A stretch of DNA of 64,000 bases from Octopus vulgaris (taxonomy: Eukaryota): positions 76,136,001 to 76,200,000 of the forward strand of contig OX597819.1 in the NCBI GenBank assembly GCA_951406725.2, given 5' to 3'. The position numbers were made by a program, and so were the translations under genes. Below the pieces are notes generated by a model, which did no database searches, was not told the origin of the DNA, and saw nothing but the letters and a program-made list of their open reading frames with translations. This document shows, piece by piece, positions 41,975-54,370 of this stretch. The stretch's first letter is position 1; each line of letters begins with the position of its first letter.

Positions 41975-43885
41975 GAAATACCAAAGTTACACACTGTTCC
42001 TTTGTGAATGACTTGAAACGTTATGCAAAAAATATGCATGAGATGAAAAAGAGCCTTGACCTTGTTACATCATTCTCAAAGGATGTGGAGTTGGAGTTTG
42101 GTCAGGGTAAATGTTATATGCTTCTGAAAAGGAGGAAACTATAAACCAGACTAGTAACATCTCCATCATTGATTTAACTGTTTCCCCTGTATCTGATGAG
42201 GAATGTTACAGGTATCTAGCTGTGGATGAAACTATATCCTACAGTGGCATCTGTGATAAAAGATGTGACGCAAAAGAATGTTATGTGTTTGCAGTGCCAG
42301 TACTTAAACCAACATTTGGGCTGCTTGATTGGACGCTTGATGAGATCCGATTCATTAATGTGAAAACCTGAAAAATACTAACAAGCAGACATAATTTCCA
42401 CATCAACAGTGATGTCGACCACCTGTAACTAAAACGAAAACAAGGCGGTAGAGGCTTAATATCAATCGAAAATACCTTTGAATGTCGCATCATATCCCTT
42501 CGGCAACATCTTTTAACTACCATGTGTCGAAGTGCATTTCTTGACCAAGTTTGCATTCATGAGACTGATAGCATCATACGACTTGTAAGGTAACTCCTTC
42601 AGCAACACTCTTTATCTGATAACCTAGAATACATGCCCAAAGAGATAGCACAACTCTACTGCAACGTATTATCACATGAAAGGATGAGGCTGTATGAGCA
42701 GAAGACAATGAATGGATATGTTACTAGAAAGATCCGTGATGATAGTAACATCGATCATCAAAGTAGTGTATCATGGACCAATAGCCGGATTACTACCTTC
42801 CACTTTGAAGGGTATACGTTTGCAATTTAGGTACAGAAACTATCAACCAAGTACCAGATGCACAAAAGGGATAGAGATGCAGGCAAAACCATAAAGTGTG
42901 ACAACCGATGCAGACTTTGTGGAGTTCAAACTGAAGATATCACGCACATCATAAGCAGTTGTCCGAAAATGTCATTACGGTATGTCTACCTATGAGACTT
43001 GACGTTGTAGCTAGGACACTCTATAATGAAATCTGTCGAAAGGATAATCCCGAGGACAAAGAATTAAAAACCCACAATATGGTAGAAGCCATAGCCACTC
43101 ATAATAAAAAGGAATAGTGGTGGAATGTACCAGTGAAGATCTCAATCAAATGTAAGCACAACAGGCCTGATATAATGATATGGGAAACTGCACAATTGTG
43201 GAAATTGGCTGCCTAGCGGATGTTAACATAAAGCTGAAGATCAGTGAAAAAGAGAACACTTATGCTGAACTATTTAGAAATCAGCAGTTACTCTATCCAG
43301 ATTACAAATTCAAGTGTATACTTGTAATCAATGGGGCCCTGGGATAAGTAACGCACTGTCTAAATACCAATCTTGAGAAATTAGGCTTCTCAAAAGCAGA
43401 AAAGAGAAAGATCCAATCCATCATGGGAACTATAAAAACCTGTAGAACTTTCAAGAAGTTTATTATTTAAATATATATATATTAGCATGCCTATATATGC
43501 AATCTATGAGAAAACATATATAAAACATACAAATCTCCATCTACCTACCTACTTACTTAGCTAGCTAGCTACCTGCCTGCCTACTGCCTATCTGCCTGCC
43601 TGCCTGCCTGCCTGCCTGCCTACCTACCTACCTACCTACCTACCTACCTACCTACCTACATACCTACCTACCTACCTACCTACCTACCTACCTACCTACC
43701 TACCTACCTAACTACCTACATACATACCTTCCAACCTACCTACCTACCTACAAACATACATACATACATTCAACCAAAAATACCCTGTTGTTGATGTTGA
43801 AATTCTAGTGAAAGAGCCTTGGATCTAGGTTTGAAACCGATTCTTTCTCTATTGGCAAAAAATCTTGAAATAAACTGAATAATAA
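41975..43885 (+). mobile_element. 5'-truncated R4/Dong-clade LINE flanked by (CATA)n
   Basis: TKVTHCSFVNDLKRYA (RT), YRYL, FAVPVLKPTFG, GGRGLISIE, CRLCGVQTEDITHIISSC knuckle, HNRPDI RLE motif; 3' UTR with (CCTA)n expansion; CATA repeats at both ends. Confidence 0.88.
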
Positions 43886-45686
43886 CATACATAAATACAT
43901 ACATACTTTTCGGAGTCGATAATATAAGTACCAGTTAATCACTGGAGTCGATCTAATCGACTTATACCTTTCACCCCAAATTCCAGGCCTTGAGTCTAAA
44001 GTAGAAAGGATTATTATCATTTTGGTTTGACTCAGGTTCAGTCTTATTCCTGGTAGGATTTATGGGTGTAACGGATTACTACATTATTACCTAAGGTATC
44101 CACAAGTTTTCAGCTGTATATCAAGTGCTTAGAGCCCTTCTGATAATCCTTGCCGTCCTCAAGAGACAAACTTTCTATAAGAGCTCTACAGGATATTGTA
44201 TTCCAATCTCTTTCAGCAATTTATATTTTTGCTTACAGTTCCCAAAGCACCAATTATTTTAGGCACAACCTTTACTGTTCTCATGCTCCAAATTCTTATT
44301 CTGATCATATTATCATTATCGTCAAGACAGTGAAGGGGTAGAATCGGTAGCAATCCTGAACAAGATTCCCGGTATTGAAGTAGAAAGGGTTATTATAATT
44401 ATTAGATTTTTATTGCCCGGTAAGCAGCTCTTGACGCCCGGTAAGCAGCTCTTACTGAGTTCTAAGTTCAATGAGCAAAGTCATATATAGTATCTAACAA
44501 AAACAGGTAGTGTATTTTTCGTTGTTTTATGTCAGTTAGGTCAGTTTTCAGTGACGTTTGGTTGTCATTTCTATTGAGTCGATTCTTCTTGAATAATGCC
44601 CTCCTGTTGCTATTGCTACTTAGCAACAAATCTACTTAAATGCAGTAGAATTATTATCAAATATTCTTGAACTATTACTGTCCCGCTTTATATTCATACA
44701 CAACATATTCAAGACTAATTCTATTACTTACTATGTAGCCATGACCTTTGCAGACCTGCTGTGACCGTCGACATCGATACTGTTACAATGTGGCTTAAAC
44801 TATTGCAAGTTGACATCTGCTGGAAAGACATGAACAGACGTGATTCCAGAGGGTCGATATTCTGAGAAGGAAAGATTTGGCATACTAGTTAGCATGGGAA
44901 CCGGAGAGCTGAACACAACGTAGTTGGCTAAAGGAAGAAATACTTGCATGTTGAGAGTTCATGATCAGAAGAGGATCTAAACAAACCAACTTCGAAGAAC
45001 ACAGGTATATATAGCAGCGGTACGGCAAATTAAGAGAAGAAACAGTACAAATCGGGGTCAGAGGCTGGAACATGCTTCTTAGTGATTTTTATGCCAAGAA
45101 GCAAAGACACGTTATCTATTGTATTCCTTTTGATTTTGTGTCGTGTACAGGCCCTCCCTCGCTGCATGGTGTACTGTTGTTGTATCTTAACCGGCAGAAT
45201 TACGTATAAAGGCTTTCGGGAATTTACGTTTTTAAAGAAACAATGGTGTGGTTCGAAAGATGTTTGGTTGTTATTTGCAACATGTCATACTACCGCGTAG
45301 AAACGGCTTAAGACACTGGGGAATATTTAGCCATAAAAGATAATGGCCAATACGTTAAGCTGGGAAAACATATTCTCGTAGATATCGGTGAAATAATTGC
45401 AAATACATATATATGTATGGAACTATTTACCATTTAAGAAAATGGTGATGCTTCAGAAGATTATGTTACTGCTTGGAAATAATAATAAAGATTTTTTAGT
45501 AGAATCGTTAATAAATAGTAGTAAGGACAGTAATAATTGTATTAGTGGTCGTGTGGTGGTGGTGGATATTGTGGTAAGTGTTGCCGAGGGTTTTATAGAA
45601 TATCGTTTATTATGAATGTGATGGCATTGTTATGAGTGGAAAGGATTGAAGAGGTAGTGGTTAATTAAGAAAGAAAGGGGACAGAG

Positions 45687-45732
<46 letters not shown>

Positions 45733-46308
45733 GAAGATTAGGGAAAGAGAGAGAGAAAGACATTGAGAAATCATGTAATGAAATGTGTGAGAGTAGGAGG
45801 GAGAAAGACAGAAGACAATCAGATATTTACACGGAGGTAAGACGTATTATGAGAAAAATGTATAAGTTATATTTTAACTTATAGACATAAGGTGAGACAG
45901 AGGGAGACAGAGACAAAGGAAGCAAGAAAGAAGGGAAGTAAGGTAGGAAAGCAGACGGACGAAAAGAAAGAGGGAGAAAAGGTGAAGACAGAGAGGGGCG
46001 GCAGTCGGAATGAAAGGCAATATGAAAGTAAGGGAGAAGACCATTACAGATAATGATTATTTAAAAGAGAAAATTCCGAAAAATGTTAAATTAGGAAGAA
46101 TGAATATTAATGAAGGCAACACAAAGAAGGAAAGAAAGTAATGGAGACAGATTAAATCAGAAAATATAATGGAGCTATATCATACTGAATAATAATGGTG
46201 GAAGAAAATATTCGTATAAAGATGTGGGAAAAACAAAATTAATTTATGGTGAGTGTCCATCTTTCTATCTATCTTACATATATTCATACACACAGATGCT
46301 CATATTAA

Positions 46309-46378
<70 letters not shown>

Positions 46379-46495
46379 ATGCATGCGCGCGTGCGTGTGT
46401 GTATACATATACATACACATATAATACATATTTGTATATAAATGTCTATATATGTGTGTCTAATTATTTGACTACGTATGATGCATATACATACA

Positions 46496-46527
<32 letters not shown>

Positions 46528-46528
46528 A

Positions 46529-46571
<43 letters not shown>

Positions 46572-46581
46572 TGCGTGCGTA

Positions 46582-46631
<50 letters not shown>

Positions 46632-46652
46632 CATACATACATACATATATTC

Positions 46653-47480
46653 AGTGCTGATCGAAATAGTGGCACAACACCATGTTAAATTAAAGTTTAG
46701 TTTTATAGTTTAATAGAGAGTTGGTCAAACTTTGGCACCAATCACTAGTTCATTACGAGAAATTGACAGGTTGTGAACGTTTGTTAAGCGGAACTTTGCG
46801 CCAAAATTCAAGTAACACTTACTTTAGCTCTCTCAGCGATGATGGCGGTAGGAAGCAATTTCTCACATGCTGATCCACATCCTATAGATTTTTGTTTATA
46901 TTGGAATCTGGTGAATGTGAGTGCCAAATCATGTAGTCTACTTCTATTTTGTGCTCTTCGTACACATTTTGAATGATATTAGCTCTATGAATCAGTCCAT
47001 TATCACTCTGGAGGATAGCTTTATTGCCAGGACAATTTATCAGATGATGGAAATGAGCAGCCAAAGTACGTAAATAATCTTTGACTTTAACCAGTCAATT
47101 CCGTGGTATGGCTGTCTAAGTTAATACTGATCTAACTTTATGATCACAGTAAGGGATAAACAACTAGGGTTCAAAGTTTCCCTAGGCTGCCTCCGGACAT
47201 AAACTCATCGCGAAATGAGTAAAAGTGGTGAATGCTGATTCATGAGAGGTCATGATGTTCTTTCGAGTCATTGACTGCTTCAGATAGTTCAGGCAATTTT
47301 CCATTTATCATTCATGATGGGAACAGGTGGGGTTTAATAATTGCAGCCCTTCCATGGTTTCCAGTTTAATGGAGCTCACGACGAACGGTTTTAGTTCAGA
47401 CAAGTTTGGAAACGTTGTAGTTTAGTTCTGCTGTCACCTCTGCTGCTGCTGCTTCTTCCTCTTCTTTTTCGAATCAGGAC
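46653..47480 (-). mobile_element. Degenerate Tc1-like transposon
   Basis: ORF 46882-47064 ILQSDNGLIHRANII...IWHSHSPDSNINKNL resembles the Tc1 QDNAP.H...WP..SPDLN.IE.LW catalytic region; boundaries approximate. Confidence 0.7.
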
Positions 47481-47724
47481 TCACCCCATTAGCCACAAAG
47501 AATAATCTCTAATTCGAGCCTACTCTAAGCTACTAAGAATGCGTCCGGCAAATTGAAGATCCACCTACTATACGCGGTTACACGGGCGCGAAAGCTACGT
47601 TGCTATCCTCGTTCCCTAAACGGTGGCATTTAACCGGTGGAGAGCTGAACCATCCTGGGGTACAGAGGATTCGCAATCTAGACTAGAGTCTGAAAGTTTA
47701 CCACACCATAGTGGGTTACACCAT

Positions 47725-47845
47725 AGTTACTCTGCTTTGTGGTAGAAGTAGGGAGATAGAATGAGAGAAAGTTGTGGTGAAAGAGTAGAGCAAGGTTCAC
47801 CCCCACCCCGTCCGGAACCTCGTGGAGCTTAGGTGTTTCCCTCTG
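47725..47845 (-). mobile_element. SINE family D internal fragment
   Basis: gagagaaag..gtggtgaaaga.ta.agca.gg...ccgga..ctcgtgga is the reverse complement of 54455-54530. Confidence 0.65.
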
Positions 47846-48339
47846 TTTCTGTAGTTCGATAGCTTTTAGACACGATGCGTTCCACTGTTATGCAGTGTCT
47901 CTCTGCGAGCTTAGACTTTCATCCAGAAATATGTTTGCCAGAAGTGTTTTTATCTTAGTTTTGAAATGCCAATATGTATTTAGAGGCTGCATCTCCCGAA
48001 ACAACAGCAATTTTAGTGATTGATGATTCTCAACCATTCTGCGGCTCAACGGTTTATTCTTTACGGAAATGTGAAAGGGATCTATATCATGGAATATAAA
48101 GCATACATAATGCATATGACGATATATATATGCAGACTAGGACTGTTTTGAATTTGTCCTCATGACAGTATAAATAATTAAATAAAATGTGGTGTTTCAA
48201 TTATGTTGTCCAACCCTTTTCATATATAATATATACATACATACATACATGCGTACATGCACATGCGCGCGCATGCACACACCCACGCACACACACACAC
48301 ACACACACACTCATACAATCGCCGACACATATTCTTGCT

Positions 48340-49004
48340 TGCGCATCCAGTCACTCATCTACTCAGATGTGTTTGGCACGCCTTGCTTGCGTATCCAAGA
48401 TAATAGGATTTCAAAGTAGCAGTGGAAAGCGTCCTGAGTACAAAACACAAAAAATACACCGCATGAAAGGCAATGTGAAGGGCTTGTAAGACAATGAAAA
48501 AAACTGGGAAGAACTAGCTTTGGTTAGAGCTCACTGACGGAAGCATAAAGCGAATTGTAAAGCTTGTGAAGAGCGACGTCTTGAGCACAAAAGCTTAAAG
48601 CGCTGTCTTTGGAAGGACTCTCATCAAAACCCCAATGAGAACATAACATGCTAGAGGTGTGAAACGAGTAGCCGCATATCCTTTTCCAAGGTTGAATATG
48701 TCAATTATCTGAAGTCCCATGAAAGTCAACTGTATGCAACGTCCTTTCTCTAGACGGAATATTCCGAAGTGCGCATTGTGTGAATGCTCTTACAAGAGAC
48801 ATGTGACGATTCACAGCGACCATATTTCAAACAGTGATTCGATTAATCTATTGGAAGTGCTTTCATCTGACACCTGAGCTTCAAGCCAAACAGATATGCA
48901 GTAAGACCGAATAGTTATCTGAGGGGGGCTACAGACGAAATATCAGAAATGCCATTGGCAACGAAGTACTTCACTGAGATGACAATCATCTGTGAAAACG
49001 GAGA

Positions 49005-49035
<31 letters not shown>
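48340..49035 (+). mobile_element. Degenerate RTE (BovB-like) 3' end with (AATC)n tail
   Basis: Relics GKRPEYK, NWEELALVRAH*RK, LKSH zinc-finger-like end; short tandem tail aatcaatc. Confidence 0.6.
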
Positions 49036-49065
49036 AATCTGTATATATATATATATATATATATT

Positions 49066-49335
49066 TAAAAAATGAGAAAAAGCACGAAGAAAAGACAAGG
49101 AGAAGACAACAACGTGGGGGCGTACCATATGCAAAGTGTTAATAAGACTTCAGAAAATGAAAAGAGTGATTGATTTACGGTCCGAGTATAGCTCTTCTTA
49201 GGAGACAAGAGACATAGGAAAGTCCAAAGTAAAATGGAAAAGGAGGAAAAAATTTGCCAGCAGACCATGTGAACTAACATTTTTTAAATGACCGGAATTA
49301 GAAGGACAAAGAGAAAATGCTTTCTGGTACAGAAG
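49066..49335 (-). mobile_element. PLE pseudo-LTR-like fragment with decayed hammerhead
   Basis: Minus strand cCTAAGAAgagc-tata-ctcGGACCGTaaa, same layout as the 8461 element; (TA)n at its 3' end. Confidence 0.55.
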
Positions 49336-49443
49336 AGTGTGAAGAATAGTTGGTATCTGTGTGTATGTGTGTGTGTGCGTATGCACCTATATGTATGTGC
49401 GTGATAGCGTGTGCGTATATGGTACCATGTGCGTGAGTGTGTG

Positions 49444-49487
<44 letters not shown>

Positions 49488-49491
<4 letters not shown>

Positions 49492-49852
49492 CGTATTTTT
49501 GCCATTTCAATATGGCTAACCCTTAAGGGTGGATGCTACTGTAGTTTTTAGCCCCAGGAGGACACACTCCTCCAGCTGGCCATAGACACACTTTCTGTGT
49601 CCTGTCAGTATTTGCAAAGGGAAGTCATCCTTCCCGTCTTCAACTTATGATACACACGGACTCGAGTTTCGAGGTATTGACCTCTCGTCAGCGTGTGACA
49701 ATCATAGTTGTCGCCGAGAATTAGATTTCCTTCACAAATACTTATACTTTTTCCAGCGCCCACTGTCGCTGATATTGAAAAAGTGAAATCAAACAATGAT
49801 AAATATCAAAGTGAGTTATATACAGTAGCGGTAACACATCGTGACGTATTTT

Positions 49853-49858
<6 letters not shown>
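49488..49858 (-). mobile_element. Retrozyme-like monomer (353-bp unit plus 18-bp terminal redundancy) in (TA)n
   Basis: gtgacgtatttttgccat at 49488-49505 and 49841-49858; (TA)n on both flanks; internal intact hammerhead; multiple hairpins; no credible ORF. Confidence 0.75.
49653..49697 (-). ncRNA. Minimal type-I hammerhead ribozyme, intact core
   Basis: Minus strand: cacacg-CUGACGA-gaggu(caau)accuc-GAAA-C(ucga)G-UC-cgugug; 6-bp stem I, 5-bp stem II, palindromic stem III loop, GUC site (cut between 49659 and 49658). Confidence 0.9.
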
Positions 49859-49901
<43 letters not shown>

Positions 49902-50053
49902 TATATATACATGTATGCATGTGTGTGGTTGCATGTAGGTATGTATAAATACACGCACCCACATACATACACATAGATAGAGAGAGATAGAGAGCGTGTA
50001 TGTATACATATACGCTCCCAATCTATCACTCTATCTATCTATCTATCTATCTT

Positions 50054-50167
<114 letters not shown>

Positions 50168-50331
50168 TAATTATATATAAATATTTGGTCATCCCATAAA
50201 TATCTATCATCCTTAATTTAGATATATTGTGAAACGTAAATTGACCGTGTTACTCGCTTGAAAATAATACCTCTTAAGGACATGCTGTTTTCAAAACAAA
50301 TATATATATATATGCATATCCACAATATATA

Positions 50332-50918
50332 TAGATAAACTGTCCAATAATGTGTAAAGTTATACAAAAAATAGAGAAGAAATGTAGTGGATACTTGGTT
50401 AATTTTATTTGTATCACGATGAAAAAAAAGTAATGCATTTAATATTTAAGATGTAAAGAAACCGAATCAGCAAAAGAGAAATAAACATAAAAGAATCCTA
50501 CATATGTATCAAACCAGTCATTAGATTTCGGTCATCACCATTCAAGCGATGTTAAATGTGAAATAACCCCACATTATGTCCGGATACCACCAAGGGGTGA
50601 TGTTTACTTTCTGGTGGCCAGTTATTTCATTGTTCACAACCAGAAAGTAAACAACACTCCCTGATGATATCCGGACACAATGTGGGATTATTTTACATCT
50701 AATATCGCTTGAATGGTGATAATCGAAATCTCATAGCCGGATTGAAACATATGTAAGATACTTCTACGTTTCTTTCTTTTGTTGATTCTGTTCTTTCACA
50801 TCCTCAATCTTATATGTATTACTTTTTTTCATCGTGATACAAATAAAAAAACAAGTATCCACTACATTTATTCTCTATTTTCTTTTATTTATTTTATACA
50901 TTATTGTTCAGTTTATCC
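50332..50918. mobile_element. Fold-back palindrome (~285-bp arms) with long-stem-II hammerhead-like motif, probably a PLE pLTR
   Basis: 50332-50616 is the reverse complement of 50638-50918; CTGATGA-tatccgg...ccggatt-GAAAC-atat-GTA at 50661-50755. Confidence 0.78.
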
Positions 50919-51022
50919 ACATGTATTGCGGAACTTTCATTATATTTGATAACAGCAATTGATATTCGGATTTCTAATAAAAATCCTTTACGAGAATATT
51001 ACATCCTCAATATTCGCATTAT

Positions 51023-51064
<42 letters not shown>

Positions 51065-51108
51065 ACACATATATAAAAATATATACATACATATATAATC
51101 CCACTTTA

Positions 51109-51318
51109 TTAATAAAGCTGCAAAGACATCACTAAAAGTGTTTCTCTGAGTTTCATGTTCGGCGGATAGTCTTGGTTGATGAACAGGAACGTGAAACTCT
51201 GAGTAACAGTTTTTTGTGATGTACTTGCGGCTTTATTAATGACGCATATTACTCTTCCTTTGGTATTCGAGTGCTCTTCCTTTCCACCTTGTTTATCAGC
51301 TATATGCTTACTCTGGTA
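51109..51318 (+). mobile_element. Short fold-back PLE-like element with decayed hammerhead
   Basis: Inverted arms 51109-51160 / 51187-51240; TTGATGA-acaggaacgt-GAAAC-tctga-GTA; ends at (TA)n. Confidence 0.6.
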
Positions 51319-51395
51319 TATATGTATATATATATATATATATATATACAAAATCGAACTCACATTCACATGATGTGTGCCTGTATGCATTTCTA

Positions 51396-51662
51396 GTCGG
51401 GCGGCTGCTTTTTTTTTAGGTTTCAGTGAATATATTCTCAATGCCGCTGGTGTAAAAACACCTGAAAGTAAGTCATAGACAAGCGAGACAACTCACACCA
51501 AGTCCCTTTTTTTTTATCGGAGGGACATACATGGTAGTTCCGTCATTGTTTTGACTTATGAATGCTACATACCGAAAAGAATATGCTTGCAGCAGACCCT
51601 GTCTTTACACCAGCAGCATTGAGAATGTATTGTCTTGCGCCTAAAAAACGCAGCTGTCCGAC
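51396..51662. mobile_element. Inverted-repeat element (~65-bp imperfect TIRs), MITE-like
   Basis: gtcgggcggctgc...attctcaatgccgctggtgtaaa versus tttacaccagcagcattgagaat...gcagctgtccgac. Confidence 0.65.
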
Positions 51663-51882
51663 GTTTGAGTGTTTGAGTTCCTTTATATACCTTGAGCTGC
51701 TTCCAATTCATATTCGAATATAGCTTAATATGACTGCACAGTAATTATAAAAGTGAATATACTATGTGTATTCTCTGTTTTCGTTAAACTATTAATTAAT
51801 TATATATATACACATATACTATACACATGCACACTATTTGGTCACAGCCACACACAAATACACATTGCTGCACCTCATCTGA

Positions 51883-52132
51883 ACTTCTTTCTTCTTGTTA
51901 CAGCATTCACTCGGAGTGGGTTGAGTTGGCTTCATTCAACCTCAATGTTGCATCTCTCACAAACGCCGACCACGCCTGACGATTTAAGTCTAACGACCGA
52001 GTGAACTCCAACCACTCCTTATTCCAGCGGCGGACGCCGTAGATATGGGGTCTTAGGTTGGGTTCTAGATCAACTTTGACCGTCATCAGCCAGGTTTTTC
52101 GTTGTCCACCATATCGCTTTCGCCAACCCAGA
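51883..52132 (-). mobile_element. RTE LINE 3' end
   Basis: GWRKRYGGQRKTWLMTVKVDLE...WNKEWLEFTRSLDLNRQAWSAFVRDA, then an (AAG)-type tail. Confidence 0.75.
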
Positions 52133-52319
52133 ACAAGCACACATCAAGTGTTATACACAACACACATAAACACAGACCATAGCTTCACGCATATACACAC
52201 TTCCATTCACACACAGACACACACTCGCCCACCCTTTCCCCCATTCACACATACATATTCACACACACCATTCTCACATACTCGCTTGCACACCTACGTT
52301 CTTTCGGATCACCGTTGAA

Positions 52320-52577
52320 TTTATTATAATTATTATTACCTCCCTTTCATACAGCCTCTTTTTTCCAGGCCTCTCGTCATGCAGGACTATTGAACTTTGT
52401 ACATTTTTTTACCCTTCGTGCTATTCATTCTCTCTCCATTTTTTTCAACTCTTAATCCTTTCTGCCGAAGAGTGTAGGCTCAGAACGTAAAAGATTTTTT
52501 CCATTCTTCCCCAGCATTAAAATAAAACACCTGATTCTTGTACCTAAAGCTGTCTTCGTCTTTTCTCTGTAAATTTC

Positions 52578-52581
<4 letters not shown>
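52320..52581 (+). mobile_element. PLE pseudo-LTR-like fragment with decayed hammerhead, ending in (TA)n
   Basis: cttt-CTGCCGA-agagt-gtag-gctc-AGAAC-GTA-aaag at 52458-52493; layout like the 8461 element. Confidence 0.55.
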
Positions 52582-52644
<63 letters not shown>

Positions 52645-52647
<3 letters not shown>

Positions 52648-53597
52648 CAGAAAAGAGGTATTTCGGTTGTCCCCACGTGGTGGATTGTAATGTATATAAG
52701 AAAAATAAAAACGGAAAATACGCACACTTACATGGTTATAGTATAATTTTTAATGTAGCGACCGGTTTCGCAATCGCTATTCATGATACAATGTTTAATT
52801 TATATGAAAATATATTTTTTCTAAAGAAGAAAATGGGTCCATGTTGTTTATAATGAGATTCACGAGTGAATGATTTTACAAGTTGACAAGTAAAGGGAGG
52901 TAATTGGTTGTTATTATTGTTATTGTTGTCTGTAAGGGAGACAACCTTTTAGGTTTTGGGTGGGGAAAAATATGTGTACAGAAAGGAGATAGGTTTAAAA
53001 TAAAAGGGGCCTTGTTTAGTAGGTGATTTATGTACAGTGATGTAATATGTAAAAATATAAAAATTGGTTATGCGTGCATATTCAGACGCGTTTTGTATTT
53101 TTCAATGAAAAAAGTTTCTTTATTTAAGCGTTCTAGTCGAGAGATTGTGTCTTTGCACTGGTAGAAAGGGAAGACTGTAAAATTTGGTTTGATGTTACCT
53201 GCACAATTTTCTGTGTTCACTAAGACGGATTTGTCTGTATTGCGGAAATGGATTTGCTCCTTAAGCAGAGTAATTCTCTTCCTCAAAATTAAACTCGTTT
53301 GTCCAATGTATTGATGACTGCAACCCGAGCAGGTTATTACATAAATTAGGTTCTCAGAGGCACAGGTGAATCTAGTTTCAATTGTGAACCTCTGTCCTTG
53401 TTTGAAAAGGAAGTCCGAGCCTTCAAGCAGGTGGGGGCATGTTCCACAGTTCTGGCGTCCACATGGTTTCGTGGATGTTTTGTAAAGCTTCGCATTTGTT
53501 AGTAGTCTCTTTAGCGATTTGTCTTGTTTTTTGCATTTGATGAGTTTGTGTGTTTTCAGGATGTCTTTCATTTTTGGATCACTAGTTAACATATAAA
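52645..53597 (-). mobile_element. Penelope-like element (Neptune-type): GIY-YIG endonuclease and 3' region
   Basis: ORF 53068-53604: linker KPCGRQNCGTCPHL, NLIYVITCSGCSHQYIGQT (GIY-YIG), RLERLNKETFFIEKYKTRLN; 3' end abuts (TA)n. Confidence 0.9.
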
Positions 53598-54130
53598 CAT
53601 CCAAACGCCAGAAGACTTGACTTTAAGACCCATTGTAGCTGGACCAGCCTGTGAAACCCACCGACTGAGCAATTTTCTAGACATCCTACTGAAACCCTTG
53701 CTGAAATACATCAAAAGCTTTATTAGGGATGATTTAGACACCTACCAAAGACGATTAATGAAGAAGCAGTATTGGTCACCCTCGATGTTATCAATCTTTA
53801 CACCAACATCCCCCATGACTATGGAATGAAAGCAATTAAATTCTGGTTGGAAAAATACCCAGAAACCCACCCGGAACGCATTAACCAGACCTTTATTATT
53901 GAATCCTTAAAATTTATACTTCAGAACAACTATTTCCTGTTTGAAGCAGCTCCTGTTCTTGCGAATCTAATAATGGGCTATTTTGAATTCACCTTATATG
54001 AAGTATCACTTCAGAAATATGGTTACCCATTTTATCTCTACATAAGAGAAAATTGGAAGCGATACTTAGATGATTGTTTTATCATCTGGAAGGGGAACAT
54101 CGACAAACTTTTGGATTTCAAAACAACACT
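53598..54130 (+). mobile_element. Penelope-like RT fragment, inverted relative to the adjacent GIY-YIG
   Basis: [52 protein letters not shown]; frameshift, and the G.AMG motif is deleted. Confidence 0.9.
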
Positions 54131-54257
54131 ATGTATATATATATATATATATCTATACGTATTTATAGATATACATCTATACGTATACATACATACATAC
54201 ATACATACATACGTACATACATACACACATACATACATACATACATACATACATACA

Positions 54258-54289
<32 letters not shown>

Positions 54290-54303
54290 CATATATATAT
54301 ACG

Positions 54304-54368
<65 letters not shown>

Positions 54369-54370
<2 letters not shown>

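Noticed and set aside
43800-43845. Stem-loop plus GAAAC in the 3' UTR of the CATA-associated R4 element
   Set aside because: No CUGANGA core in any of the three copies; more likely an RT-recognition hairpin.
44415-44455. gcccggtaagcagctctt repeated twice
   Set aside because: Simple 21-bp slippage duplication with only two units; not a CRISPR-like array.
52755-52790. GAAAC-cg-GTC in the Neptune 3' region (minus strand)
   Set aside because: It looks like the 3' half of a hammerhead, but I find no CUGANGA upstream, so it is not called as a ribozyme.
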